Assembly: GCA_964016885.1 (NCBI GenBank)
Contig: OZ024740.1
Location: 235,538,001-235,602,000, forward strand
Direction of reading: 5' to 3'
Source of the DNA: Eledone cirrhosa
Taxonomy: Eukaryota
DNA length: 64,000 bases
Positions 41,471 to 55,689 of this stretch are shown here, piece by piece. Below the pieces are notes generated by a model. That model was not told the origin of the DNA. It ran no database searches and saw nothing but the letters and a program-made list of their open reading frames with translations. Made by a program: the position numbers and the translations under genes. Each line of letters starts with the position of its first letter. The stretch's first letter is position 1.

Positions 41471-41818
41471 TCATCATCATCATCATCATTTCATTTTACG
41501 TCCGCTTTTTCCCTGCTTGCAAGGGTGGGACGGGAACTGATTCTGGCTTGATTTCTACAGCTGGATGCCCTTCCTAACACCAACCTCATTTACAGTGAGT
41601 GCTGGGTGCTTTTTTGCCGTGGCACCTCCACGACCACTTTGCAGTGGAATGATAGGGACTCCAGTCCCTATCATCTCATTTCTACAGCTGAGTAAACTGG
41701 AGCAATGTGAAATAAAGTGTCTTGCTCAAGGAAACAACACATCACCCGGTCTGAGAATTGAACTCACAACCTTTCGATTGCAAGGCCAATGCTCTAACCA
41801 CTAAGCCATGTGCCTCCA
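41470..41818 (-). mobile_element. Full-length family A SINE
   Basis: Near-identical to 58788-59120. Confidence 0.92.
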
Positions 41819-41900
41819 TATATGTATATATATATGTATATATATATGTATATGTATATATATATGTATATGTATATATATATATATGTATATATATATG

Positions 41901-41963
<63 letters not shown>

Positions 41964-41979
41964 GTATATATACATATGT

Positions 41980-42025
<46 letters not shown>

Positions 42026-42032
42026 GTATATG

Positions 42033-42089
<57 letters not shown>

Positions 42090-42310
42090 ATATCTATATG
42101 TATATATATATATGTATATGTATATATATATATGTATATATATGTATATATATATATATGTATATATATGTATATATATGTATATGTATATATATGTATA
42201 TATATGTATATGTATATATATGTATATGTATATATATGTATATGTATATATATGTATATATGTATATATATATATATGTATATGTATATGTATATGTATA
42301 TATGTATATG

Positions 42311-42349
<39 letters not shown>

Positions 42350-42406
42350 GTTTATATATATATATATATATATATATGTTTATATATATATGTATATATA
42401 TATGTT

Positions 42407-42455
<49 letters not shown>

Positions 42456-42578
42456 GTTTATATATATATGTTTATATATATATGTATATATATATATATG
42501 TTTATATATATATATATGTTTATATATATATGTTTATATATATATGTATATATATATGTTTATATATATATATATGTT

Positions 42579-42632
<54 letters not shown>

Positions 42633-42966
42633 GAGTATGGATATATGCAGGATTGAGTGTATGTGTGTGTGTGGGGGGGGGGGGGTACATGTATAGCTAG
42701 CCTGAAGCTATAATTTTCTGTAAACTGGAAGTTGAGATATGATCACTTCTCTCCCATCGATGATGATGATGATGATTGTGGTGGTAATGGTGCCAACAAC
42801 AACAGATTTAGTTGATTGTAAATTACACACAAACATTGTTGTATGGCAGTAAAGAGAGAGGGGGGTGGGGATGAATAACAGACAGACAGATATACAGACA
42901 CACATGCTGACAGTAAAGAGTGTCAGAGACACATACTGACAGTGACAGAGACAAATAGAGACATAC

Positions 42967-43004
<38 letters not shown>

Positions 43005-43416
43005 TATATATAGAAAAGTGTCAGATGTGAATGTTTTCAGAAATGGACATAAAAGAAAGCAACTGAAGATTCTTCAAAACTCTCCAAGACTCTCCACATA
43101 TATTTACCTTCCAGGCATAATAGGGTCTTCCCCTCTCTTCACTACATTACCTTTGATTTCACTACATTATTTGATTTTAATTCTAAGTGTATGTTAATGT
43201 GTATGTCTGTCTGTAAAATTTGAAATGTGCATGTCCCAATGCAAATGACTCTAATAGTAATTGACTGTTATCATTATACTGACTTGTGTTGGGATACACG
43301 CTTTTCAAATTTCAAATTTTTCCAATGCTTCTCAAGTCTACCATTATACATATATATGGAGAGTGAATGATAGAGAGAGAGACAAAGAGATGTTTGTATG
43401 TCTGTATGTATGTATT

Positions 43417-44545
43417 ATGTTCTTCTGGTTTTATAAGTTTATAACTTTTTACCAGTAGAGCGAGACAGTTTCTAACATAGAAAACAAGACTCTCTCATTG
43501 AAATTTAAACAACATCAACTCGGTAGTTATGTATACGTGCGTGTGCAGGTATGGATATTATTGTATGTGTGTATGTGTATATTTTGAGTTATATGTGTGT
43601 ATGTGCATATGTTTTGTATCAGTACATGTGTACATGCAGTTATTACATGCAGATTTTTTGGAATGTGTGTATATTCTTCTGGTTTTATAATTTCTTAAAT
43701 TTTTACCAATAGAGAGAGAGTTGGTTTCTAACACAGATACAAGTCTCCCTCATTGGAATTTACACATCATCAACAAGGTAGATATGTATGTCTGCATACA
43801 TGCATGTGTGTGCAGGTATGGATGTTATTGTATGTGTGGATGTGGATGTTTTGAGTTGTATGTGTGCATGTGTATATGCTTTGTATCTGTACATGTGTAC
43901 ATGTAGTTATTAGATGCAGAATTTTTGGAATGTTTTACATATTTTTACTGTTCTATTAATGGATTGTACTTGTAATTTTCTAACTAGTCGTGTTCTATCT
44001 GTTTCTGTGAAGCCCAGCTTCTCAATATTTGTACTGAGGCATGTCTTCTTTTTCCTGTCCCATATCGTTATATCTGGTCTGTTATTCCTGCATTTTATTG
44101 GGGTTTTAACTGGAACATTCCACCAGAACTTTTTTATATTATGTATGTGTATGTCTTCCACATTGCTGTAGCTTTTAATGTGTTTATTGTCAGGGCTATC
44201 TTTTCTACGGATTGCATTGCATTGTTGTATGTATGTTCTTCTGGTTTTATAATTTCACAAATTTTTGCCAATAGAGAGATAGTTGGTTTCTAACATAGAT
44301 ACAAAACTCTCTCATTGGAATTTACACATCGCCAAATAGGTAGATATGTATGTGTGCATGTCTGCATGCAAGCATGTGTGTGCAGGTATGGATGTTATTG
44401 TATGTGTGGATGTGTATGTTTTTAGATGTATGTGTGCATGTGCATATGCTTTGTATCTGTACAAGTGTATATGCAGTTATTATATAAAGAATTTTTGGAA
44501 TGTTTTACATATTTTTACTATCCCATTAATGGATTGTACTTGTAT
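43417..44545 (-). mobile_element. Three tandem 3' ends of an R4/Dong-like RLE retrotransposon
   Basis: A ~250-bp 3' UTR unit starts at about 43417, 43673 and 44234. The middle copy extends into ORF 43910-44161 (WWNVPVKTPIKCRNNRPDITIWD..TVKICKTFQKF). Confidence 0.8.
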
Positions 44546-44557
44546 GTATGTATGTCA

Positions 44558-44975
44558 ACGGCCATCCAAAAATGTGTAAATATGTATATACACATGTATA
44601 TGTGCATGTGTATGTATATACTCGGGGACATAGAAATCGTCAGGCTGGATACCCGATCGCGCGGTTAAACCACTGGGAGTGAAGGTCCCCTAGTCTTTGT
44701 CAGGGCATTCTTCTAGGAGAAGGCAACTCAGGAAACTGGGATAACTCTGACATAAAACCCGTGGCTCAGTAGTTACCGATGATATTGATCTTTTCTTCCT
44801 TCGGGTTATAGCTACTGTCGCTCAGAGAGTGGGATTGGCTCAGTGCACAGTCTTTCCTCACTTTAAAAAAACATCTTCACACACAGGCATTGTATGATAG
44901 AATTAATTAAAAATTATTAATAATGGTATATCCTGCAATGGCCATACTCGATAACGAGGGGGCGGCCATCATTCA
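44558..44975 (+). mobile_element. Non-coding structured element with RTE-like 5' UTR motifs, flanked by (GTAT)n
   Basis: Shares AACGGCCATCCAA, CTGGGAGTGAA, GCTCAGAGAGTGGGATTG and CACTTTAAAAAA..CACAGGCATTG with 49058-49310. Confidence 0.65.
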
Positions 44976-45059
44976 TGCATGCATGTATGTATGTATGTAT
45001 GTACGTACAAATTTTTTCATGCTTTTAGTTTTAACAACTTGTGTATTATTTTATGTATA

Positions 45060-45545
45060 AACCCCAGTACCATGGCCTGCAATGCAGAGTACAAGAAGGC
45101 AAGTAAAAACTGGGGCTTGTCTTGCTGCTTCCTGTTTTACCAGTTGCCAGTTGCTGTCGAGACCTTGGGCATCTTTGGACCCCATACATCAGAATGTTAG
45201 CAGCTGCGTGAGGTGGGGTAGCTGTTGCAGCGGGTCTCACTGGCCATCATTAGCAGAAATGCTTTTGCAGTTCTGTTCGTGGGGTGAAGCCAAAACACTG
45301 CCCCACCCTAGGCTTAGTCCGTTAACCTCTGCCCTTCGCCTTCTCTTTCTTTCATTGTCTAATAGTCCTTGCTCTTTCCCTCCCTTTCTTCTCATTTATA
45401 GCATTCGTTCTCTTTACTTTCCTATACAGCCATATCTGCCCTTCTGTACCCCTTCCCCCTTTACTTAATTTTGATTTTCTCTTTTTTTAATATTTCCATC
45501 ATTATCTAACTTCCGTTTGTATCAGGAGAATGTAAAATAAAGATG
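45060..45545 (+). mobile_element. CRE-clade retrotransposon 3' fragment
   Basis: YQLPVAVETLGIFGP and LQRVSLAIISRNAFAVL* motifs, pyrimidine-rich 3' UTR, AATAAA near 45537. Confidence 0.75.
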
Positions 45546-45653
45546 ATTGTTTTTATTTTAAATTTCCTGTTTAAAATAGAGTTTCTTTTCTTTATTATTT
45601 ATTGTATTATTTGATTTTTGTTTCATTATTATTTTGTCATTGTTGTTAACACT

Positions 45654-46235
45654 TTAACTCTTTTGATACCAAACTGCTTAAAACTGTCCTTATCTCTAAG
45701 ATACAAAACTTTGTTTTTTGATGTTTATGCCTTCCATCATAATTTTATGTAAGAAACTTTAAGTTATATTCCAAGATGCCCGACCTCATTCGCTTACTGA
45801 GTGGAGTGGAGCTCATCAAATTGTAACAAGAAAACAATGTTTCCATTGGTCTTTCCATTGCTAATACTATCTACCAGTCACAAATCCTGGCAGAAGGAGT
45901 AACGTAAAATAAAGTGTCTTGCTCAATGACATAATGCATTACCTAGTCTGGAAATCAAACTTACAATCCCATGATTGCGAATCCAATTCTCTAACCACTA
46001 AGCCACACACCTTCACATATTTCAAACATCAGCTTAATAATATGAAAATTTGTTATATTATGGGAAGGGTTTACTAATTATGATTTCACTCAGATGGTTT
46101 TTTGTAACATAACAGAAAGTTCTTAAATAAAATTATATTGGAAGGTTTTAATTTAAGTAGGAACTCTTTAATATTGGTGGTTTTGTTTCATAAAAACAGT
46201 TTCTGTTTTGAGCGGGTTGGTAACAAAGGGTTTAA
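45654..46235. mobile_element. piggyBac-like MITE with a nested SINE remnant
   Basis: TTAA-CTCTTTTGATACCAAACTGCTTAAAAC ... GTTTTGAGCGGGTTGGTAACAAAGGG-T-TTAA. SINE head on the minus strand at about 45900-46017. Confidence 0.7.
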
Positions 46236-46376
46236 ATTGTTTAAGAATTTTATTAATATTTATATATGAATTAACTTACAGTTGTAGCTGCCAAGATAGT
46301 TAACTAATATTGTCATCATCCTTTTACATCAACCTACCATGGTGACATAGGCTGGACAAGTTGTCACAGTATAGGA

Positions 46377-46686
46377 CAGAGGTTCCCAACATTTTTTGCA
46401 TCATCTTTCACATAGAAAAAAGTTTCTACTGCCCACCTGTATAGTAAATATTCAAAAGCATACCCCAAAATATTTAGTAAAAGTGTGTTACTGGTTCATT
46501 ATTCTCATTTAGCATTCTGTTTTGTTTTGTGTTTTATACAAGTTCTTTGAATAGTTTTTTCATGTAGCACATTTTGAAATACCTTCTTAATACTCAAAAT
46601 CCTATATTGTCCACCAAAATTTCCAATTGTCCACCATTTTATGTTCAGTTGTTAATAGTTAAAATCGTTCATGTTGGGAAACCCTG
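46377..46686. mobile_element. hAT (Charlie-like) MITE inserted in a SINE tail
   Basis: TIRs CAGAGGTTCCCAAC / GTTGGGAAACCCTG, 8-bp TSD GTATAGGA / GTCTAGGA (7 of 8 match). Confidence 0.85.
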
Positions 46687-48444
46687 GTCTAGGACAGAAT
46701 GGACTGGAGTGACCTCATCTTGCTCATACATTCCCTATTTGACATGGTTTCTATGGCTGGAGGCCCTTCCTAATGCCAAACACTTTACAGAGTGTACTTG
46801 GTGCTTTTTCTAGGGCAACAGCACTACCATTTCATAGTGGACTGGATGCATTTTATCCTGGCACCAACACTAACACTTTACAGGGTGTATTGGGTATATT
46901 TCATTGCAGTCACAACACTAGAGAGGTTGACACATGCTTGGCCTGACTGAAGAGTTCTCTCAAATCCTATATTGTTTGTTTGATGGCCAAAAACTGAAGC
47001 TCCCTCTCTGGGCATTTGAACTTCCCATCAGGGCACTCAAAATTAATCACATGCACTACATAAAAGGAAAGAAGTTAAGGAATTAATTATCCAACAAGAT
47101 TTTTCTACTTTTGACAGTAGAGTGTGATGTTACTCATGAGTCAAATCGTTTTACAAATTTTATGAACTGATACAAACAGAACAGGTATTCATTATTTATA
47201 TTGTTTAGCTCCACATTGGCTTTCATTGAACATACCTCTGATGAAAAGCAGTCCAGCCTTGACCATCGTGTATTTCCCCCTAACAGAATATAATTAGTTT
47301 TACATTATCCAATGTGCCCTTTGATTTTTAAGATAATGTGTAATTTGAGAGAGATTTAGCTGCTATTTCAAACCTTTTGAGTGACCACATAGAGATTCAT
47401 CTATTAATTTGCATCAAACAGCTAGTCATACCATTTGTTGGAAAATACCTTGTTCTTTCTGTCTACATATCTGCATTGTTGTTGAGCCTCGGGTCAGTCA
47501 TGACTGAATATCCCTATGACCGAAGACATTCTAGCCATGATCATTCCATCCTTCTCTTGGGTCTTTATCTAGCATGCCCCCCCCCCCCCCCTACCCTACA
47601 TTTCAATATAATGGTTTTATATTTGGCACAAGGCCAGCATTTTGAAGAGAAGAGAGAAAGTCAATTAAATTGAGCCTAGTGTGCGACTGGTACTTTATTC
47701 ATCAACCCCGTAAGGATGAAAGGCAAAGTTAACTTCAGCAGGATTTGAACTCAGGATGGAATTTGAGAAGAAATTTCATTGCAAATTCTAGCAGGTAGAA
47801 CAACTAAGAAAAGATCCCTGACAGTGGCTTTCTTGCATTTTTGTTGCAGTAACTGTTGTCATTGTTCTTATGTGTGTTCTATCATTGTTGTTGTTGTTGA
47901 TAGTGTGTGAGAAGAAAGGTGCGATTAGAAGGTGCCAATGTTATGTCCTTCGAATAAAGGAAGGTTAAAATGTCAAGTATTTTTTTGCAGTAGAAGTAAA
48001 CAGTAGTTGCCAAGAATAAACAAAGGTGATGAATGTGATGGGTAGTATAGGCATGGGAGTTGAATAGGGTGCAGAAAGAGGGGGCATTACCTAGTTTGTT
48101 TAGTCAGATGGTAGATTATTTCTGTACAGATTTGTGAGTTGTGTGTGGTGGGGTATTGATAACAACAAATGTATATTTATATATACATATATATATATAT
48201 ACATATATATATATACATATATATATATGATATGTATATATACATACATATATACATATGTATATATATATGTATATGTATGCATGTGTGTGTGTATATA
48301 TATGTATGTATGTGTGTGTGTGTATGTGTGTGTGTGTGTGTGTATATATATATACACACACACATACATATATATATACACACACACGCATACATATACA
48401 TATATATATATACATATGTATATATGTATATATATATACATATC

Positions 48445-48767
48445 ATCATCATCATGATCATCATCATTTTACGTCTGCTTTTCCCTGCATGCAAGGGTGG
48501 GACGGGTTCTATTCAACACAGCATCTCCCCATTCGCTATGGGCCTTTGTCATCTCCTCCGTATATATATATATGTAGGCAACACGGTAAAAACCTCCCAG
48601 ACCCACACTGTAAATGTGGTTGGCGTTAGGAAGGGCATCCAACTGTAGAAAACCTGCCAGACAGTCCTATGCGAGCAAGACAATCACTCTTGCCTCAAGT
48701 GGGACTACCCCCGTCCAAACCCATGCAAGTGTGGAACACGGACATTAAACGTTGATGATGATGATGA

Positions 48768-48801
<34 letters not shown>

Positions 48802-48897
48802 CGAAGGACTGTGACAAGTGGAGAGATGCTGTGCTGAATAGCACCCATCCCACCCTTGCAAGCAAGGAAAAGCGGACGTAAAATGATGATGATGATG
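48445..48897. mobile_element. Cluster of SINE/RTE tails: inverted pair around an RTE 3' UTR piece
   Basis: 48460-48552 is the approximate reverse complement of 48798-48896. 48573-48770 matches the RTE 3' UTR at 23587-23777. Confidence 0.75.
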
Positions 48898-48899
48898 TA

Positions 48900-49420
48900 T
48901 GTCAGGTCGCTCGCGAGTGCTACTGGTAACATGTAACCCAGTACAACCTGTCTCAAGGTTGAGTAATTGGCAACCTCACCAAGCTTGCTTGGTGAGGAGG
49001 GTGATATTTAGATACCCTGTGGGATGAAATACAAGACCCGGCAAAGGGCAGAGAGGAACGGCCATCCAAGAAGTACGTTATTTATTTTTTTTTTTTTAAC
49101 TGGGGAGTGAAAGGCTCCCAGTTGTTGTCACAACACCTTTCTGGGAGAGGGAAACTCTGAAAAAAAAAAACCCCTGCAGCTTTGGAAGCATCTGATGATG
49201 TTGACCAGTTCTCCTTTTCGGGTAGTCTTTTCGATGCTCAGAGAGTGGGATTGATCGAGTGCAAGGCCTTTCCCCACTTTAAAAAACCTTCAAAACACAG
49301 GCATTGCTTCTTCAGGATATGTTACAGGTTTGTGTAACTGGCCGTAGCCTAAAAGTGCACCAAACTCTATAATCTGACAAGTGATTGCAGTACTCTTAGC
49401 AGAGTTTGCAGCGATCATGT
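48900..49420 (+). mobile_element. Non-coding, hairpin-rich element related to 44558-44975
   Basis: Hairpins TACTGG/CCAGTA, AACCT/AGGTT, CTCACCAAGC-tt-GCTTGGTGAG, AGGGT/ACCCT. Contains GGAGAGGGAAACTCTGA..AAACC and ends in CATGTATGTAT. Confidence 0.65.
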
Positions 49421-49425
49421 ATATG

Positions 49426-49456
<31 letters not shown>

Positions 49457-49563
49457 GTATATGTATATATATATTTATGTATGTATATGTATATATATAT
49501 TTATGTATGTATATGTATATATATATTTATGTATGTATATGTATATATATATATTTATGTATG

Positions 49564-49602
<39 letters not shown>

Positions 49603-49679
49603 ATGTATATATATATATATGTATGTATATATATATATATATATGTATGTATATGTGTGTATATATATATATATATGTA

Positions 49680-49712
<33 letters not shown>

Positions 49713-49722
49713 GTATGTATAT

Positions 49723-49779
<57 letters not shown>

Positions 49780-50739
49780 CATATCATCATCATCATCATC
49801 GTTTAGCGTCCATTTTTCCATGCTTACATGGGTTAGACAGGTCATCCACATTGAGAGACAAGTCTGGCCAGAGTTGGCCATGCCGTACCTTCCTCCGACA
49901 GGGACTGTAAATTTGGCTGGGTATTTTACAGCTGGATGCCCTTCCTAATATCAACCACATTTACTACTCACTTAGACAGGCTGCCTTTCCTGTAGCTTAC
50001 AGAGCCCACATATATCATCATCATCATTTAATGACCATTTTCTCTGCTTGCAAGGTTTGGGTAGGCCGTCAAAATCCAAATCAGTACTCAAGTGAAGTAA
50101 CTGACCTCTCTCTATATATATATATATTAGCATAGTACCCATCAATAATGATGAGGTTTAAGGTAAAAAAACATTTAATTTAATAATTCCTTGATTACAA
50201 CATTCAATATAAAGATGCTTGAATCCTCAAGTTTCCTCTTGTCAATTCGGCCATTAACATATTTCATTTTACATTCATTTAAATCAATTACAATAATTTT
50301 CTGGAAACATTATCAAACATATATCCATTAGATTATGGTAAATTTTTTCTACTTATATATCTATGAATCTTTGGACTGCTGTTGGGATTTGTGCTTTGTT
50401 GTTATTGTTGACTGAAGATAGATACACTGGTAAATGTATATAAATATATAGTTAGACAGACAGATAAATGAAAAGTAGGTAGGTAGATAGACAGAGTGTA
50501 GTCAAGTGCAATGATGGAAAGGAATGGTGCAAGTCTCTCTCTGCAGGTATATTGCATGGCAATGCAACACACCTGCAGAGACGTCAAATAATTCATTTGG
50601 GCATCAGCTCTACATCTAAACAATGTGTTGATTAATTGCATCAGTTTATAAATGGGGTTTGGATTTTTGCCTATTTCTCAAACATAAAATAGGGCGAGGG
50701 GTCAGCTTATATTCAAGTATATATGGTATGTTTACACCA

Positions 50740-51590
50740 GTGATTCGCGACTATAATATCTGGTCAGTTAGATTTGATTTCCCTGTCTGTATGTCCCAAA
50801 GAATGTTTACTTTGTCATTCTCTGATACCTTTTCTGGTGTGTGTCGGTACCATCTTTTGTCTGTTGGTATTGCATAATATTTGCATAATTTCCAATGTAT
50901 GTCAGTCCCTACTCTATCATGTCTGTGGATGTAATCCTTTTTGGCTAACACTGAACAGCCAGAAATAATCTGGTTAATGATTTCTTCCCTACCTCCACAT
51001 ACTCTACAGTTACTTACTATGTTCTGCTTCATTATGTATTTCTGGTGATTTCTGGTTGGGAGGCTTTGGTTTTGTGCTGCAACCAGAAATCCCTTGTCTC
51101 AGCTTTCAGTCCAGTGTTCCATAGCCAGTTTTGTGTATTTTGATTGTCTACTTCCTCTCTATTCAGCCTTTTCAGGTATTGACCATGTAAGGGGTTTTCT
51201 TGCCATCATTTTAACATAACATTCTGGAGGTTTGTTTTCGTTTGAATTTTAAGTTTTTCTCAGTTTCTGTTGTTGCTTCTTGTTTATTTTCATCTTCCTC
51301 ACAGCTATCTGTTAGTTTGGTTTCTGCTTTGTATTTATTAGCCTCCTTGAAGACCGAGTACAATTTTTTGTTTTGTTCATGTTTTGTAGCTATTTCTATT
51401 AAATTTTCTTTGTTCTTCATTAGATATTTTGTAGTCCAACAGTAATTATTTTATAATAAAATTCTTGTTGCATAAAGCTCCTTTCTCTGTGTGTTTGTGG
51501 TAGGTATAATTTTTCGACATCTAATTTTTGGATGGTATATTCTAAATGCAGTCATTATTTTTTCTCATTTTTTTGTCTATTCTGGCTAGA
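50740..51590 (-). mobile_element. R4/Dong-like retrotransposon fragment (thumb, CCHC zinc knuckle, RLE start)
   Basis: CRVCGGREEIINQIISGCSVLAKKDYIHRHDRVG.DIHWKLC..WYRHTPEKVSENDKVNILWD. Confidence 0.88.
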
Positions 51591-53231
51591 ATATAAAATC
51601 AGAAACCATTATTATTATTGTTATTATTATTAAAGAAATCATTATTATTATTATTGATAGTAGTAGTAGAATTTTTCAATGCACTGTAATGGTGATGGCA
51701 TGGTAGTCTAAGACCAGTCCTTGTAGTGGTTTCAAACTGAACACCATTTATAGTTTGGAAATGTCAGTATTTCCCTGGCATCTGACAGTTGTGTCTTCCC
51801 TAAAGTTGCATTTGCTAATACCACTGGTGGTATGTCCATGCTTATCATATTAATGTACAAATCAGATTAGCTGTAAGACAACTTTTGTTTTCTCAAGCTT
51901 TGGAACTAAAAAACATAAGAAAAGAATCATAAAGATGAGATATTTACTATAGGCAGTAGTGCTGTTGTTGGTGATGGTGATGTTTGGTGGATTAAGCTAA
52001 TCCATCTCTAGCACACAATACAGTTATATTCATTTAGAAGTAGATCTATTCAGAAGTAGATAATCTGAATATGTAGCAAGAACATATACAGTATATTGCT
52101 GCATCAGTCTTTTTTTTTTTCCTATTTTGTTTCTACTGCACTGGTTCTAACCACACAACCCCACCTCTCTTTCTGTATGTCTTGATGTGTCTGTCTGTTT
52201 GTCTGTCTCTCTCTCTCTCTCTCTCAATTACAATGCTTACCAACAAAAATAAGAGAGTACTCAATAAAAGTAGAATTAAATATATAGGTCTAACCCATGC
52301 TAGAGTGGAAAAATGGATGTTAAATGATGATGATGATGATATATTAGTATCATACAATAGGTGTCAAAACATTGCTTTCTTAAAGTTTTGCCTTTTGTGT
52401 TAAATATTACAAAGTTAAATCACTATTAAACTGACTCTTCAGGCAAATATATACACCTAGGACACCCTTGCAAGCAGGGAAAAAGAGGACGTAAAATGAA
52501 ATGATGATGAATGATGAGGACAAAATTGTTAAAAAGGGCAGTATCATGAATTGATATTAGCCATTTTCTTTAGTCAGACACAATGTACATAAAACTACGG
52601 TATCCTGTGTTCTCTTATTTTCTTTAAAACAGTTGGGTGTCGTTTGAATAAATTTTGGTTGATATTTCTAGTAGACTGAAATACCATCTAGAGACTTCTT
52701 GGTTTGCTTGTAGAGGCATCTCTGTACCTTGAAAGTTTGGTTTTAATCTGTATTGGTACAGATGACTATTATATAGTGTTTATTATGATTGTAGAGGCCC
52801 ATACATGAGTTACAGCCATGACTACAGTGATTACAATTGAATGCACAGTATGCTGGTATTGTTCTGGTTCTATTTTTTGATAAATTCACTATACTTCTGT
52901 AACCTCTCTTCTTTATCTAGTTCTAGCCTTCAATGATAGATTGTTATTTTCTGTGTTATCCTGTCATAGAGAGGTGACCTTGGAGTTTTCTCTCCAAAGC
53001 ACAGGCCCAGGCAAGTTTGTATAGAAGACTAGTATTTTCCCATGAAAATGCTGTACTAGGGAAATGTAGGGTTGATGTAACTTAGCTCCAGTGTCATTAC
53101 ATAATTTACCTGTTGACGACTATATACCTTAGGGATAATAGCTTTTGATTTGTTTTGGGTATTTAATTCTGAAGCCTTTCCCTTCAGTGTGTATGGCTGT
53201 AAAGCAGCAAAGGTTTAAAATGAGAGTTGCC

Positions 53232-53262
<31 letters not shown>

Positions 53263-54444
53263 CTCAACACAGACACACACACACCTGTCTCCCTCCAGAT
53301 GGACTGTTTTCTGACGAATCCCATCCACACAGAGCACTGGTTTTATGGAACTAAGAATTTCATTCACTCTTTCTCCTATCAGTAAAAACAATTTCATTAG
53401 ATTTAGAAGCTAAACAACGTAAGATGATCAGGATTTGGTTGTCAGAGGCTGTTTGTGCTGCTTGCTGTGATGAGTACTTTTTATATAGTGGAAGCTTGTC
53501 TCTGAAACTATTCTTCACCTTGTCATTATTGGAACCCTATTGATGGTAGTTTTGTGCTTTTGCTTCCCCACTTTTTTCCTTCCCTTTTTTCTCTCTCTTT
53601 TATGCATTTATATTTATGTTTATCAACGACATTATATTTGCAATGTTCTTCTGAACGAATTACGAGCAATTTATAATGTTATTTACACATTTGCAATGTT
53701 ATTTCTGTATATATTTCAAACATATTTGTAATGTTATCATAAAATTGGAAAGCATAGTGAAGAAATTTATGAGTTTACGTTTAGCTTACTATAAATACAG
53801 ATAGAAAGTATTTAATAGTTTATATAGTATTATCTAATACATGATACAGAGTATATATATGATAAATAGATAGGGATGTTAGAATGTCAGATAAAATATT
53901 TTGTGTTATTCATTCTTATATCAAAACCTGACAAAGTCAGTCTTCCATTCTTTGGAGGTTAATAAAAATGTACCAGTCTAGTCCTGGGGTTCATTCTTCT
54001 AAATTTCTTTCTCACTTCCTCTCTATCACCCCTCTCCTTCTCTTGAAGAAATTCGCTGTATTTAGACTTGGAGAGAGGATGGGCTCTGCCAGGTTTAGAA
54101 AATGTCCAAGACATGCTGTATGTCCCTACACTGTCCCTACAGCTCCATCAGGATTTATAAGTACATACATGCAATACAAAGTATAGTTAGTATATAATTT
54201 ATTTAGTTGTCTTTTATTCAGACACTGTAATATTTAGGACTACATTATCCATTGTGTTCTTCCTTTTTTAAGACAGTAACATGTGATTTGGGAGAAATTT
54301 AACAACTAATTCGAGCAGGATAAATTACTATGTAGTGTCTCCCTCACTGGCTTGCTGCTTGCTGTATTTTAGCTGTAGCAGAGCTAAAAATGACAATTAC
54401 AAGAACAAGTTTTATAATAGTAATAACAATACAATTGCTGCAAT

Positions 54445-54637
54445 TACTATATATACTTGAATGTAAGCCGAGGAATATGCGACCAAAAAACAATTGATGA
54501 TAGAAAGGGGTGGTCGGCTTATATTTGGGGTCAATATTTTGACGATTTTGACTTCAAATCGTAAATAAGGTTTAGAATTTTGCCCATTTCTTAGGCATAA
54601 AATAATGGGGTCAGCTTATATTTGAGTATATATGCTA
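54445..54637. mobile_element. pogo/Tc2-like MITE
   Basis: TA-CTATATATACTTGAATGTAAGCCGA ... TCAGCTTATATTTGAGTATATATGC-TA. A solo right end also occurs at about 50660-50728. Confidence 0.75.
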
Positions 54638-55689
54638 GATCTTGTCTTCTCGTAGAGTCAGATTTAATCAGAAATGGTGCAAAAGGGACCAAAACAGTCC
54701 TTACTTACATTCTTCATTTAGTCCACTGTACAGCGATGTGGATATAACTGGAAATAGGGTGACACTTCTCTAATGGTACTAGTTCATTGCAGATTTTGAA
54801 CTTGGTTTGCCAAGCTAAAGAAATAAATGTCCCTCCTACCATGTTACTGCTGTTGCTACTCCCACTGTGGTACATATTTACAACTAGTAGACATTGCCAT
54901 TGAGAACTTGAGAGTGTTTTGGATTATATCATAGTGAAGTACTTGGAATAAAATTATAAACCACCAGTCCTATATCTCATTCCCTTGTACCCTTATAACT
55001 TGTATCACTTTTTTTTATAGATGCAATGAGTTCCACGAGGAGATATTATAAATCACTTGTGTAATTGGCACTGATAAATACTTCATTAGGTTGTTGAATT
55101 CAAATCCCACAGAGGGCCTAAATTATGGGGAGCCATGCTTGTTTACTGAAGTATCTGTAACTAATAATGTCAGAATGGTTCTGACCTTACTGCTTCAGCC
55201 AGATAACTACAACTACTACACATCAAAATGAACAGTATCAATCATTTGCTCTTATCTAAATTAATATTTTTCAATATTTCCAGAATTAATATTGAGATTA
55301 TTGAGAGAGAAACTACTCATTTCTATTGGAATATTGCCAAATTTCTCTGCAAAATTCTTTCCTGAAATTGTATAAATGAATTGAACGAAGGCCAAGAATG
55401 TACATCTGTAACCATTTCAGCTTGTTTCTTTGAGAGTTGGCAGTAAATGTTTTTGTAGGAAGCAAGCAAGGTGAGAGAGTGACTTGATCCTTATTGCAGG
55501 CTTTGAGTTTGCTACAAGAAACATCTGTAAAAGCAACCAGAAATACTAGAAAATAATAGATTAAATAATATAATAGTATTATATGATTTGTTTGTGGGCA
55601 GAGAAAGGTGCTAATAATATAATATAGATCATATGATATTCATGATTTTTTTTTTAAGACAGAGTACAATCTGTAATAATAATAATAGT

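Noticed and set aside
47238-47265. CTGATGA motif (also at 1068, 6563, 16955, 28409 and 49192)
   Set aside because: No downstream stem II-GAAA-stem III arrangement.
49025-49065. Twister-like segment TACAAGACCCGGCAAAGGGCAGAG
   Set aside because: The required UAA cleavage strand and complementary P1/P2 partners were not found.
53300-53520. CTGACGA at about 53311 and GTGATGA..TGAAAC at about 53467-53510 as hammerheads
   Set aside because: Could not build stems II and III with a GAAA and NUH in register; at most a decayed pLTR.
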